Positions 25,754 through 34,997 of a stretch of DNA of 64,000 nt are shown in pieces. The stretch's first letter is position 1. Every line of letters begins with the position of its first letter. The notes under the pieces were generated by a model. The model was given only the letters and a program-made list of their open reading frames with translations. It ran no database searches and was not told where the DNA came from. The stretch comes from Clostridia bacterium. Its GTDB lineage: Bacteria; Bacillota; Clostridia; Christensenellales; CAG-138. Made by a program: the position numbers and the translations under genes. The stretch covers positions 2,107 to 66,106 of the forward strand of contig JAVVXB010000005.1 in assembly GCA_036651815.1 (NCBI GenBank). The letters run 5' to 3'.

Positions 25754-26311
25754 TCAGCCTACCTCCTTTTCAGGTGCTTTCAGAGAAGTCAGCACGCCAA
25801 CAACATGGTTAACGGCTTGAGTTACCGCATTGGAGCTAATGGTAGCGGAGGTGATGGCATCGATTGCACCGCCATCCTTCTTGAGCGCGATGGGGGCGAT
25901 CTTTCCGGTAAATTGTCCAGTAAACGCCACATCCTTTGCCTTTGCGCCAAGGCCTGCCGTCTCCTTAAAGTTCACACCGCCGACGGTCACGCCTGTAATG
26001 ACGTTATCCATGTTCATACCCACCGTCACTTCAATCTCTCCACCAAATCCCTGCGTTAGGATCGTGCCGGTCTTGCCAGCGAGCGTTCCGTCCGCCGCAC
26101 GACCTATGTAAGCCTCTGTCAGCCCATCCGTAGCAGTCAATGCATCAAAGGTTGTTGCTTCCGGTAGCACCGTTTGGCGCGCAGTTGCGGCGTTTTGTAG
26201 TTCCTGTGCCTTGATGGGAGCGGCGGTAATGGCGTTTGTCGCGCCGAGCGCCAATCCCGCAAATGCCGCAAGAGCCAGCAGACGGATACTAAGCTTGCCA
26301 ATATCAGACAT
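25754..26311 (-). CDS. rnfG: Rnf complex subunit G (FMN-binding)
   Basis: 185 aa. C-terminal FMN attachment context GAIDAITSATISSNAV (S-[AG]-T-x-S/T). Confidence 0.85.
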   Translation of the reverse strand: MSDIGKLSIRLLALAAFAGLALGATNAITAAPIKAQELQNAATARQTVLPEATTFDALTATDGLTEAYIGRAADGTLAGKTGTILTQGFGGEIEVTVGMNMDNVITGVTVGGVNFKETAGLGAKAKDVAFTGQFTGKIAPIALKKDGGAIDAITSATISSNAVTQAVNHVVGVLTSLKAPEKEVG

Positions 26312-27227
26312 TGCCCTTCACCTCCCCATACATTTTGTGCTTCATCACTCGATCAAGCAGCGGAGTGACCACGTTCATTAAGAGAATCGCATAGGTCGTA
26401 CCCTCCGGATAACTGCCAAAGGATCGAATCAGCGCAATAATTAGCCCCGTACCCGCTGCATAGATAAATTTCCCACCAAGGGTCATGGGACTTGTTACAT
26501 AGTCAGTTGCCATGAATACCGCACCAAACAGAATACTGCCGGAAAACAACTCCGTAGGTACCGCAGCAATGTTCCCTTTGAAAATCCAACTGAACACGGC
26601 AAAAGAAACAATCATCGTTACCGGAATATGCCAGGTGATGGTCTTTCGGATGAGCAAATAGACCAGTCCCAGAAGAATGGCAATCTTACATACCTCGCCA
26701 ATGCTACCCGGAACACGGCCAACCAGCAAGTCCAGCGTAGAGAAGGTGCCTTCGCTTGCCACCAACGGCGTCGCGCCCGAAACCCCATCAAAAAGCGACA
26801 CAAAGGCTGCGCCAGACATGAGTGCCGGCCAGGATGCCAGTAGCACCGCGCGCGCAGCAAGCGCCGGGTTCACGAAGTTATCACCAATACCACCAAACAA
26901 TTGCTTGACCAGCACGATGGCTACGAGCGATCCCACAACAATCATCCACCAAGGCGCGGTCGACGGCAAATTAAGTCCAAGGATCAACCCAGTCACAACT
27001 GCCGACAGATCGTTGATCCGAACCGGCTTTTTTGCAAGCAACTGATAGAGCAGCTCAAACAATACGCAGGAAATGATGCTGATGAGTAGCACCCGTGCCG
27101 CAGCCCAGCCAAACAGCCAGATCCCGGCAATTGCGCAGGGCATGAGCGCTGTAACCACATCCAGCATCAACACCGCAGTGTTGGCTTTGGCATGAATGTG
27201 CGGCGCAGAAGAAACGGAATACTGCAT
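26304..27227 (-). CDS. rnfD: Rnf complex subunit D
   Basis: 307 aa polytopic protein. SSAPHIH N-terminus and DGVSGATPL and ATDYVTSP motifs are typical of RnfD/NqrB. Confidence 0.9.
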   Translation of the reverse strand: MQYSVSSAPHIHAKANTAVLMLDVVTALMPCAIAGIWLFGWAAARVLLISIISCVLFELLYQLLAKKPVRINDLSAVVTGLILGLNLPSTAPWWMIVVGSLVAIVLVKQLFGGIGDNFVNPALAARAVLLASWPALMSGAAFVSLFDGVSGATPLVASEGTFSTLDLLVGRVPGSIGEVCKIAILLGLVYLLIRKTITWHIPVTMIVSFAVFSWIFKGNIAAVPTELFSGSILFGAVFMATDYVTSPMTLGGKFIYAAGTGLIIALIRSFGSYPEGTTYAILLMNVVTPLLDRVMKHKMYGEVKGNV

Positions 27228-27232
27228 AAAAC

Positions 27233-28552
27233 TTATTTCCTCCCTCTAGCGGCAAGTTCCTCACGCGCCGCTTTAAAAGATGCGGTTAAATAGCGACGTG
27301 CCGGGCAAATGTAGGAGCAAGCGCCGCAAAGTACACAGTCCGACAGGCCATTTTCCTTGGCTTTATCGAGATTATGCATGTCACAGATATTGCGCAGTTC
27401 GTAAGGATACAGCCCGATAGGGCAGGTCTCCACGCAGCGGCCGCAACGAATGCAGGATGTTTCTTCATAGTCCCTGGCCTGCGTTGCCGAAAAAACAATG
27501 ATCCCGTTTGTGGCCTTGGTCATGGAGACGGTATCGTCCGGTGCGCAGAGTCCGCACATAGGACCACCCGCAAAAATCTCATGCGCATCCGCCTTCAAGC
27601 CGCCGCAGGCTGCGAATATCTGATCGTAAGTAGTCCCAACGCGCAGCAACAGATTCGCCGGCTGATTGACACAGCCAGTAACTGTGGTAATGCGCTGAAT
27701 CAGTGGCTTTCCTTCCGTTACCGCATCAAAAACCGCGGCTGCTGTACCGACGTTAAACACCAACGTGTGCGCGTCCACAGGCAGCTTTCCCCGCGGCACC
27801 TGTCGACCGGTCACGGTATGAATCAACTGCTTTTCACTACCCTGCGGATACTTCGTTTTGAGCATGAGTATCTCCACGCCGGGCACGCCCGCAATGGCTT
27901 TAGTCATGCTATCAATGGCGTCCGGCTTGTTGCTCTCGATGGCAATCACGCCCCGGCTCACGCCAGTAGCGCGCAGGATCAGCCGCAGGCCGCCCACGAT
28001 ACGTTCCGGCGTTTCCAACATCAAGCGATGGTCTGCGGTCAGATACGGCTCACATTCCGCACCATTTAAAATCACGGTATCGGCTGTTTTCCCTTCGGGA
28101 ATGGACATCTTAATGTGGGTCGGGAACGATGCACCACCCAGTCCGCAGATGCCGGCATTTTTTACACACGCAATGATCTTGTCCGCAGGCGCATTTTCAA
28201 CGTCACCAAGCGGCATAAGCGGTGCCCAATCATCCAGCTTGTCGTTGCGGATGCCGATGCACATCTGCGGCGTTGCCGACAGTTGCTGTCGTTCGTCCAC
28301 AAACAGCACCTCGCCCGATACGCTCGCGTGCACCGGCAATCCCAGCCCACCCACAGACATGGCAATCACCTGGCCAAGCTGAACATGCTGACCTGGCTCC
28401 ACGCACGGCGCACTGGGCGCACCAAGATGCATGCTCACAGGAATAATCACCTGTTCCGGGATGAGCGGTGTAACGGCGCTTGCGCGCGTGAACATTTTTC
28501 CTTCTCCGGTGCTGTGAAGGGGATGAACCCCCCCATGAAATGTTTTTTTCAA
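27233..28552 (-). CDS. rnfC: Rnf complex subunit C (NADH-binding, 2x 4Fe-4S)
   Basis: 439 aa with a TTG start after AGGAGG. GICGLGGASFPTH. Two CxxCxxCxxxCP motifs (CIRCGRCVETCP, CVLCGACSYICP). Confidence 0.9.
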   Translation of the reverse strand: MKKTFHGGVHPLHSTGEGKMFTRASAVTPLIPEQVIIPVSMHLGAPSAPCVEPGQHVQLGQVIAMSVGGLGLPVHASVSGEVLFVDERQQLSATPQMCIGIRNDKLDDWAPLMPLGDVENAPADKIIACVKNAGICGLGGASFPTHIKMSIPEGKTADTVILNGAECEPYLTADHRLMLETPERIVGGLRLILRATGVSRGVIAIESNKPDAIDSMTKAIAGVPGVEILMLKTKYPQGSEKQLIHTVTGRQVPRGKLPVDAHTLVFNVGTAAAVFDAVTEGKPLIQRITTVTGCVNQPANLLLRVGTTYDQIFAACGGLKADAHEIFAGGPMCGLCAPDDTVSMTKATNGIIVFSATQARDYEETSCIRCGRCVETCPIGLYPYELRNICDMHNLDKAKENGLSDCVLCGACSYICPARRYLTASFKAAREELAARGRK

Positions 28553-28590
28553 ATGCCTGCCTCCTGCTTAATGAATTGTCTAATTGCTCA

Positions 28591-28623
28591 TAAAAAAGAA
28601 AGAGCATATGACTTTATGCTCTT
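28591..28623 (-). terminator. Intrinsic terminator after the amidase gene
   Basis: Minus strand: AAGAGCAU-aaagucau-AUGCUCUU then UCUUUUUUA. Only ~40 nt remain before the rnfC RBS. Confidence 0.6.
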
Positions 28624-28711
28624 ATTTATCATCTTAAATACGATACCATTATTTAATTGGTTTGTACAGATTACAACTGCAAATTTCTGAAAAGCAATCT
28701 GCGCACTATCT

Positions 28712-29590
28712 TTATTGAATACCTAGATAATCCAGAATTCCTTTTACAATCCCATCGGCCATTTTCTTTTGGAATTCCGCATCATTGAGCAATTTGTCCT
28801 CGGCAGGACTGCTGATATATCCCATCAACAGGGTGCATACCGGTGCCTCTGTCTTGTTGAAGAACGTTTCATCCCCTTTATGGCGAATCGATTCTCCGTT
28901 GTATTTTGCAATGGAGAAGTCTGTGGCGGCAATGTATGCCTTCAGCACGGCAGCGGCAAGATTGTCGCAGTCGTTCTGCAGGGCGTGAGCGCTGGGCGCC
29001 CAGACAATGGCACCGCGCGAATCCGCAGTCTTGACGGAGTTGCATTCGAGGCGAAGCGCAAGCTCTGCCATGCCGGTGTTCATCGTGGTTGCACGGGCAA
29101 CGGCATCCTGATCGTCCTTAACATCGTTGAGCCCCATCACAACCGTTGCGCCAAGTGCTTCCAACCGCTGCTTTACAAGCTCCGCAATGGAAAAGTTCAA
29201 ACGGTTTGCATAAATCTTTGTGGAAACGCCCTGCACCTTGCTTGAATAGCCACGAGCAGGATCGATGCCAATGACGTGTCCGGTAAGTTTGCCATCCGGT
29301 GCGGGCGTGGGTGACGGCGTTGTACCGGGTTCCAGTGTCGGGGTCGGCGTAATCGCCTGCGAATCTGCTGTGGACGATGGCAAGGGCGTAGCCGTCACCG
29401 GTGCAACGGTCGGCGTCGGGGTCGGCGTAGCGTTTGCAAGTTGATAATTTCTGACAGCAGGGGCAACCACACCAGCGGCAAGTGCATAGATAACACCCCC
29501 GGTAAAAATCAAAATCATTGCACAAAGAATCCCGAATGCCAATGGGTTGTTTATGCGAAAATTTTTCCGTCGTTTAACAATTTTTTTCAT
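28712..29590 (-). CDS. N-acetylmuramoyl-L-alanine amidase (Amidase_3 family) with N-terminal TM and Pro/Thr-rich linker
   Basis: Start chosen at ATG 29590 (MKKIVKRRKNF). PT-rich linker ATPTPTPTVAPVTATP...TPSPTPAP. Catalytic-domain motifs GIDPARG..., LRLECNS, LLMGYISSPAEDKLL. Confidence 0.85.
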   Translation of the reverse strand: MKKIVKRRKNFRINNPLAFGILCAMILIFTGGVIYALAAGVVAPAVRNYQLANATPTPTPTVAPVTATPLPSSTADSQAITPTPTLEPGTTPSPTPAPDGKLTGHVIGIDPARGYSSKVQGVSTKIYANRLNFSIAELVKQRLEALGATVVMGLNDVKDDQDAVARATTMNTGMAELALRLECNSVKTADSRGAIVWAPSAHALQNDCDNLAAAVLKAYIAATDFSIAKYNGESIRHKGDETFFNKTEAPVCTLLMGYISSPAEDKLLNDAEFQKKMADGIVKGILDYLGIQ

Positions 29591-29729
29591 CGTGCATTTA
29601 CCCCTCGCGCGTGCTGTCGGTACTATTGTAACACGCCGAAAAACCAAAGTGTATAGCTTAATATAAGATTTACAATTTTTCTATGCTTTTGTTGGAAAAT
29701 AATTGTGTCCGGTCATGTATAATAGAATC

Positions 29730-30584
29730 ATGCCGTATAACTATGCACATGCGCTGGTGGGGATATGCAGCGTGAATAGATGTAGTATTAATGTTGCAGG
29801 GTTGATAGATCGCTGCTCTGACGCATTTTTTATCGGTACCATGGGGCCAGACCCATACTTTGGGGATGCGTTACCACGGTCGCTTGCCCATCCCTGCCAG
29901 TCTCACCTTTCGAATTTGCTTCACAGCCTTGACGGACGAATTTTGTTCTCCGCCTTGTTGGATCTTGCAAAAGAGAGCGAAATCTACTCCGCTTATGCAT
30001 TGGGTTTTGTCTGTCACTTTGTTTTAGACAATCACACGCATCCTTATATAGAAGCGTATTTTCCCGGTCGGAAACATACCCCTGCCGAAATTGCCATGGA
30101 TCTGTATCTCGTCGATCGGGCAAACGAGCCGCGACTTTACGTGCCACCGAACGTATTCTATGAAACGGCTTCCCTCCGGCAATTAGACGCGCTGCATGCG
30201 GCGTTGTTTGAACGTTTGTTTTTGCTTGATACCCGAGGCGCGTTTGCCCGCGCTTTCCGAAAATGGATTCGCATCAACGCGCTCACATTTGACCCGAGCG
30301 GAAGTAAGCAAAAGCTGCTCCGCTTCTTCCCCGCAGCTGCCCGCTATCTGGTCGGCCGACACGAAGATGCAGCGGATGCGCTCAATCTGGAGCATGCCCC
30401 CTGGGCAGCTCCATGGGCGCCGGATGAGATACGCACCGAATCGTTCCTGGATTTGTTTGACGAAGCCTGCGCAGCGTCGTCTTTACTCGTTAATCTTGCC
30501 GCAACCGCCATGGAAAGCGGAGATTTTTCGGCCGTTCTTTCGGCCATTGGAAGGAGAAGTGCTGATGCTGCCCCCATTATTTGA
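29730..30584 (+). CDS. Zinc-dependent phospholipase C-like family protein (tentative)
   Basis: Start chosen at ATG 29730 (MPYNYAHALVG). Pattern H-x...GxxGPDxxF...LH...GFVCHFVLDNHTHPYI resembles the Zn_dep_PLPC family of Firmicutes. A TATAAT at 29718-29723 lies 6 nt upstream of this ATG. Confidence 0.55.
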   Translation: MPYNYAHALVGICSVNRCSINVAGLIDRCSDAFFIGTMGPDPYFGDALPRSLAHPCQSHLSNLLHSLDGRILFSALLDLAKESEIYSAYALGFVCHFVLDNHTHPYIEAYFPGRKHTPAEIAMDLYLVDRANEPRLYVPPNVFYETASLRQLDALHAALFERLFLLDTRGAFARAFRKWIRINALTFDPSGSKQKLLRFFPAAARYLVGRHEDAADALNLEHAPWAAPWAPDEIRTESFLDLFDEACAASSLLVNLAATAMESGDFSAVLSAIGRRSADAAPII

Positions 30585-31092
30585 AGGAAAAACCGCTTGC
30601 TGCTTCACCGGTCATCGTCCCCGTGGGTTACCTAAGCACGGGAACGAATGCAGCAGCAGTATGATTTTGCTCAAGCATACGCTCCTTCAAGCGGTGGAGG
30701 AAGCCGTCAACTATGGAATTACGACCTTTCTCACCGGCGGGGCAGAGGGATTCGATACGCTTGCGGCGGAAGCCGTGTTGGCGTTGCGTGGTGATTATCC
30801 CGCACTTCATCTTGTTTTGTCATTACCCAGCAAGGTGCAGTCCGAAGCATATTCGCCAAGCATGCAGGCACGGTATGCACGTATCCTCTCCGCCGCAGAC
30901 AGCGTTTTTTATGCCTCCGATATCGACAACGGTCCCCACGCCATGCGCTGCCGGAACCGATATCTTGTGGATCATGCCGAATGCTGCATCGCCTATTTGG
31001 CAAGAGCCGTTGGCGGCACGTTCTATACCGTCAACTATGCCTACGATCGTAACGTACCCGTATTCAACCTTTACGAATTCGTCAAAAGCTGA
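30565..31092 (+). CDS. SLOG-fold protein, DUF1273/YpsA-like
   Basis: Start chosen at ATG 30565 (GGAAGGAG RBS), overlapping the upstream stop by 20 nt. CCFTGHRP...FLTGGAEGFDTLAAEAV...GGTFYTVNYA matches the YpsA/DUF1273 pattern. Confidence 0.7.
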   Translation: MLPPLFEGKTACCFTGHRPRGLPKHGNECSSSMILLKHTLLQAVEEAVNYGITTFLTGGAEGFDTLAAEAVLALRGDYPALHLVLSLPSKVQSEAYSPSMQARYARILSAADSVFYASDIDNGPHAMRCRNRYLVDHAECCIAYLARAVGGTFYTVNYAYDRNVPVFNLYEFVKS

Positions 31093-31106
31093 TAGAATCT
31101 TTCCTT

Positions 31107-32498
31107 ATGAAAGAATTTCAAACAAATATTTCGGCACCTATGCAGCCGAACAAAATGGGTGTGCTGTCGGAAGGCAAGCTGCTTATATCCATGGGAATAC
31201 CGCTGAGCCTGTCAATGCTGATTCAGGCATTATATAACATTGTTGACAGTATCTTTGTCTCGTATCTGGGTGAAAACGCCTTGACGGCGGTTTCCTTGGC
31301 ATACCCGATGTACATGCTGATGATCTCCGTCGCGGTAGGCACGGGCGTAGGCATGAATTCCCTGATTTCCCGTCGCCTTGGCGCAAGGCGATATGAAGAT
31401 GCCAACAAAGCTGCAGCCAATGGGCTGATGCTGATGGCGTGTTCGGCGTTGGCTTTCGTGCTGTTCGGCATCTTCGGTGTTCGGCCTTTTATGGAAGCGT
31501 ATACCAAAATTCCGGAAATTTGTGAAATGGGTATCACGTACCTATCCATCTGCTGCATCTGCTGCATCGGTTTGTTTTTGCAAATTTTCTGCGAACGCAT
31601 CATGCAATCCCAGGGAATGAACCTCTATGCGATGCTTATGCAGCTTGTTGGTGCTGTTCTCAACATCATTTTTGATCCGATTCTGATCTTCGGCCTGTTT
31701 GGATTTCCCAAGATGGGCATTGCAGGCGCAGCGTTTGCCACCGTAGGTGGCCAGATCATTGGCATGCTGTTCTCGTTCCTTCTGGTGCTTGGCAAGCACA
31801 GTCAAGTTCGTATTTCACTCAGAGGTTTTCGTCCAAGTGGTCATGTCATCAAAAAAATCTATCAGGTCGGACTTCCATCCATCGTAATGCAGGCCATCGG
31901 CACATTTATGAATCTCCTCATGAACGGCATTTTAATCGTGTTTACAGAGACGGCGGTTGCTGTGTTCGGTGTATATTTCAAAGTGCAGTCCTTCGCCATC
32001 ATGCCGGTGCTTGGCTTATCCAATGCATCCATGAGCATTATGGCTTATAATTATGGTGCGCGGAACAACGCGCGGCTCATGCGTACCTGGCGGTTGACAC
32101 TGACCACTGGCATCATCATTATGCTTTTGTTTACCACCGTATTTATGCTGCTTCCAAATCAGATATTGAGTCTGTTCAATGCCTCGCCGGATATGCTCCG
32201 CATCGGTCACGCTGCGCTCACCATCATGCCGCTCTGTCTGCCCTTTGCCGCAGCCAGTATCAGCATGTCCATGCTGTTTCAAGCCGTTGGCAGCGGGTTC
32301 TACAGCATGATGCTCTCTCTTGCCCGTCAGCTAATCGTTCTCGTTCCCGTGGCGTGGTTGCTGGCAATTATCACCAACGACGTGACCATCGTCTGGTGTG
32401 CCATCCCCATTGCTGAGGTTGTTTCGTTGCTGATTTGTATCTTATTCATGGTGAAGACGTATCGCGATAAAATTGTGCCGCTGAAATGCTCGGTTTAA
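31107..32498 (+). CDS. MATE family efflux transporter
   Basis: 463 aa, ~12 TM. GKLLISMGIPLSLSMLIQALYNIVDSIFVS is typical of MATE. Confidence 0.9.
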   Translation: MKEFQTNISAPMQPNKMGVLSEGKLLISMGIPLSLSMLIQALYNIVDSIFVSYLGENALTAVSLAYPMYMLMISVAVGTGVGMNSLISRRLGARRYEDANKAAANGLMLMACSALAFVLFGIFGVRPFMEAYTKIPEICEMGITYLSICCICCIGLFLQIFCERIMQSQGMNLYAMLMQLVGAVLNIIFDPILIFGLFGFPKMGIAGAAFATVGGQIIGMLFSFLLVLGKHSQVRISLRGFRPSGHVIKKIYQVGLPSIVMQAIGTFMNLLMNGILIVFTETAVAVFGVYFKVQSFAIMPVLGLSNASMSIMAYNYGARNNARLMRTWRLTLTTGIIIMLLFTTVFMLLPNQILSLFNASPDMLRIGHAALTIMPLCLPFAAASISMSMLFQAVGSGFYSMMLSLARQLIVLVPVAWLLAIITNDVTIVWCAIPIAEVVSLLICILFMVKTYRDKIVPLKCSV

Positions 32499-32511
32499 CG
32501 AGAGAATGCTT

Positions 32512-32886
32512 CTAAAAAATACTGTCCCAGCGGAATGCTTCCATATTATTCAGGTGCGTAATGGCAGCGTTAACCGCGTTGAGCGCGCTCAGCAGCGCCG
32601 CTATCTCCGTATTGGGAACGCAGACCCCAATGGCAGCACCCGTCTCATCCACCGCTACGTGATCAAGAAACAGTCGCATTATTGGGGCTGTTTTTTCGTA
32701 AATGTGTTCAAGCTCCCGCAGATACGGCGTATGATCGCCGCCCGTACGGATCGCGGCGGACGCCAGTTGCGCCTGCTCGGTCATATCCGCGCATATCCGC
32801 GTCAGCCATAGCCGGGGAACGGTCATGGTAAACAGTAAAAATGCCGCTAGGCAGAGATTGATGATGCGCTTTCCATAACGTTTCAT
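32512..32886 (-). CDS. DUF4363-family small membrane-anchored protein (tentative)
   Basis: Start chosen at ATG 32886 (MKRYGKRIINL), an ATGA overlap with the upstream DUF421 gene. N-terminal TM plus helical domain. The pairing with DUF421 is typical for this family. Confidence 0.55.
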   Translation of the reverse strand: MKRYGKRIINLCLAAFLLFTMTVPRLWLTRICADMTEQAQLASAAIRTGGDHTPYLRELEHIYEKTAPIMRLFLDHVAVDETGAAIGVCVPNTEIAALLSALNAVNAAITHLNNMEAFRWDSIF

Positions 32887-33626
32887 GCATGACCCTCCCG
32901 CACGCAGCACGTCCCGCCCGCGCTGAGCTTCTTTTGCAGATGTAGCGTCCCATCCGCAGACTGGTGCAGAAAGAACACATCCCGAACTTTGCAGCCAGCC
33001 ATGTCACGGGCCAGAGCCTCAACCTCTGCTTCGTTTAATGCCAAGCGCTTGATGGCATCATGACAAAGCTCGCCGTCGAGAATCAACATCCAGCAGAGTC
33101 CGTCCCGCACTGCGGGTAGTTTGAAATCGGCTCGAGTCGGCTGCGCATATGCGTCCTTTGTCAGTACACTCATACTTCCGTTTGTTTCCAATACGGCAAA
33201 CGCCACCATTGATAGATCAAATATGTTTTTGCTGCGTAACTGGTCAAGCAGATCAATCAGCGTATAATTGTTCTGACGCATAGCCTGCTCCTGCACAACA
33301 CCATCGTATATCAACAGCATGGGACTTCCGCAAACAACACGCCGCGCCCTGGCGTTCTTTAAGCAGATATGCGTCACCAACTGCTGCACAAAATACATGC
33401 CAAGCACCGGAACAACGCTATACAGCAGCGGTATGCCGGTGTCCGCAATACAGGAGCCTGCAAGATCCGCAATGAGTAATGTAATCAATAGATCAAAGGG
33501 CTGCAAATCCGCCACCTGCCGCTTGCCTGTCAACCGCAGTACAAAGAACACGAACAGATACATGAAGATTGCACGCAAAAACAATACCAACATAGGTTTA
33601 GATTGCCAATTTTCACGCCTCACCAT
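32883..33626 (-). CDS. DUF421 (YetF/YrbG-like) membrane protein
   Basis: FMYLFVFFVLRLTGKRQVADLQPFDLLITLLIADL is the hallmark N-terminus of DUF421 proteins. The start is uncertain (ATG 33626 or 33593). Confidence 0.75.
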   Translation of the reverse strand: MVRRENWQSKPMLVLFLRAIFMYLFVFFVLRLTGKRQVADLQPFDLLITLLIADLAGSCIADTGIPLLYSVVPVLGMYFVQQLVTHICLKNARARRVVCGSPMLLIYDGVVQEQAMRQNNYTLIDLLDQLRSKNIFDLSMVAFAVLETNGSMSVLTKDAYAQPTRADFKLPAVRDGLCWMLILDGELCHDAIKRLALNEAEVEALARDMAGCKVRDVFFLHQSADGTLHLQKKLSAGGTCCVREGHA

Positions 33627-33721
33627 ACGCGTTCGCAATAGGCATCTACAATCAAATCGCCTTGACGAGAGATTGATACTTGTGTTTAAATATACTAAGC
33701 AGAAAAGAGGGCGCATTTCTC

Positions 33722-34144
33722 ATGGAACGTATTTCAAAACGCGATTATTATCTCTCCATCGCCGCCGAGGTGGCAAAGCGTAGCACCTGTCTGCGCCGTC
33801 AATATGGTGCGGTCATCGTCAAAAACGATGAAATTGTTGCAACTGGCTATAACGGCGCACCTCGGGGTGATGAAAACTGCTGCGACGTTGGCGAATGCTG
33901 GCGTGAGCGCAACAACATTCCACACGGCGAACAGTATGAAAAGTGCGTTGCCGTCCATGCGGAGTGCAACGCCATCATCAGCGCAAGCCGCTATGAAATG
34001 CTTGGCGCAACATTATATCTTGCCGGATTTGAAGGATTGGACAGCCCCATCGCAAATCCTGTCCCTTGTCTCATCTGTACACGGCTGATTAAAAATGCCG
34101 GCATTGAACAGGTAATTAATCATCAAGGAGTTGTAAACATATGA
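33722..34144 (+). CDS. Deoxycytidylate (dCMP) deaminase, ComEB-like
   Basis: Start chosen at ATG 33722 (MERISKRDYYL). Zinc motifs HAECNAI and PCLICTRLI. Confidence 0.85.
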   Translation: MERISKRDYYLSIAAEVAKRSTCLRRQYGAVIVKNDEIVATGYNGAPRGDENCCDVGECWRERNNIPHGEQYEKCVAVHAECNAIISASRYEMLGATLYLAGFEGLDSPIANPVPCLICTRLIKNAGIEQVINHQGVVNI

Positions 34145-34893
34145 ATGTTACAAAGGTTGGAGACGGCAAAGTCGTCCTAATTGCTGGCGGCGGCAAGGTT
34201 TATACCGATATTGCCGCACGATTCACGCGCACCGAAAAAGGACTGGAGGAAATTCTTGCCTCGCCCTATAATGCGGAACTTGTACGCAGCATTGTGGACA
34301 AGGGACATCTGGCCGCCACAGAATTTGACTACTTTCTCTTTGGCGTAGAAGGATATTCCCGCGTAACCGAGGTGCAGTTGGTTCGCAAACGGCTGGCCAA
34401 CTATCTCATTAAAAGCGGACGCGTGGATAAACACGGCAAACGTTCCTTTGATGTCGTTCTACCAAAATCGATTCTTGCTCACTCGTCGGAATGCACCCTA
34501 CCGGACGGCCGGAAGATTCAACTTTCCGCATCGGATTTGCTGCAACTTACGGAGCAATGGTACAATGCAGGTGTAGATGCCGGATACAAGGAAGAGGAGC
34601 TTCGCTACCTCAAGCCACAGGCAACAGAATTCAAAGCGCTCATCGGTATGAACGCCCATGCACTGCTGGATTGGTTCAAAATCCGCTGCTGCATGAACGC
34701 GCAGGAGGAGATCCGCGATCTGGCCTGCAAAATGCTGCGGCTATGCAAGGAAGCCGCGCCGGCATTGTTTCAGGATGCTGGCCCCAACTGCGTGCAACTG
34801 GGCTACTGCCCAGAGAACGACTTCCAAAACGCCAATTGTAAAGTCATCACCAAGGACAAGGCATTGGAAATTTTAAAAACCGCCAGCCGCTAA
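34141..34893 (+). CDS. ThyX-like (flavin-dependent thymidylate synthase family) protein with a variant signature motif
   Basis: 250 aa, ATGA overlap with the deaminase gene. It aligns by eye to the ThyX signature region (RQWFRHRIASYNELSGRY in T. maritima) as EVQLVRKRLANYLIKSGRV, so RHR(X)7S reads RKR(X)7S. Confidence 0.7.
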   Translation: MNVTKVGDGKVVLIAGGGKVYTDIAARFTRTEKGLEEILASPYNAELVRSIVDKGHLAATEFDYFLFGVEGYSRVTEVQLVRKRLANYLIKSGRVDKHGKRSFDVVLPKSILAHSSECTLPDGRKIQLSASDLLQLTEQWYNAGVDAGYKEEELRYLKPQATEFKALIGMNAHALLDWFKIRCCMNAQEEIRDLACKMLRLCKEAAPALFQDAGPNCVQLGYCPENDFQNANCKVITKDKALEILKTASR

Positions 34894-34917
34894 GCATCCC
34901 AGTGGAGCATAAAAAAA

Positions 34918-34950
34918 AGAGCCGCCGATTGTTTCAGCGGTTCTTTTTTA
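34918..34950. terminator. Bidirectional intrinsic terminator (ThyX-like gene / malQ)
   Basis: A-run 34911-34918, stem AGAGCCGC/GCGGTTCT, 11-nt loop, T-run 34945-34950. Confidence 0.7.
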
Positions 34951-34997
34951 TCGTAGCTTCATGCAGAACACTCTGCGCAAATTCACAGAACAATTGG

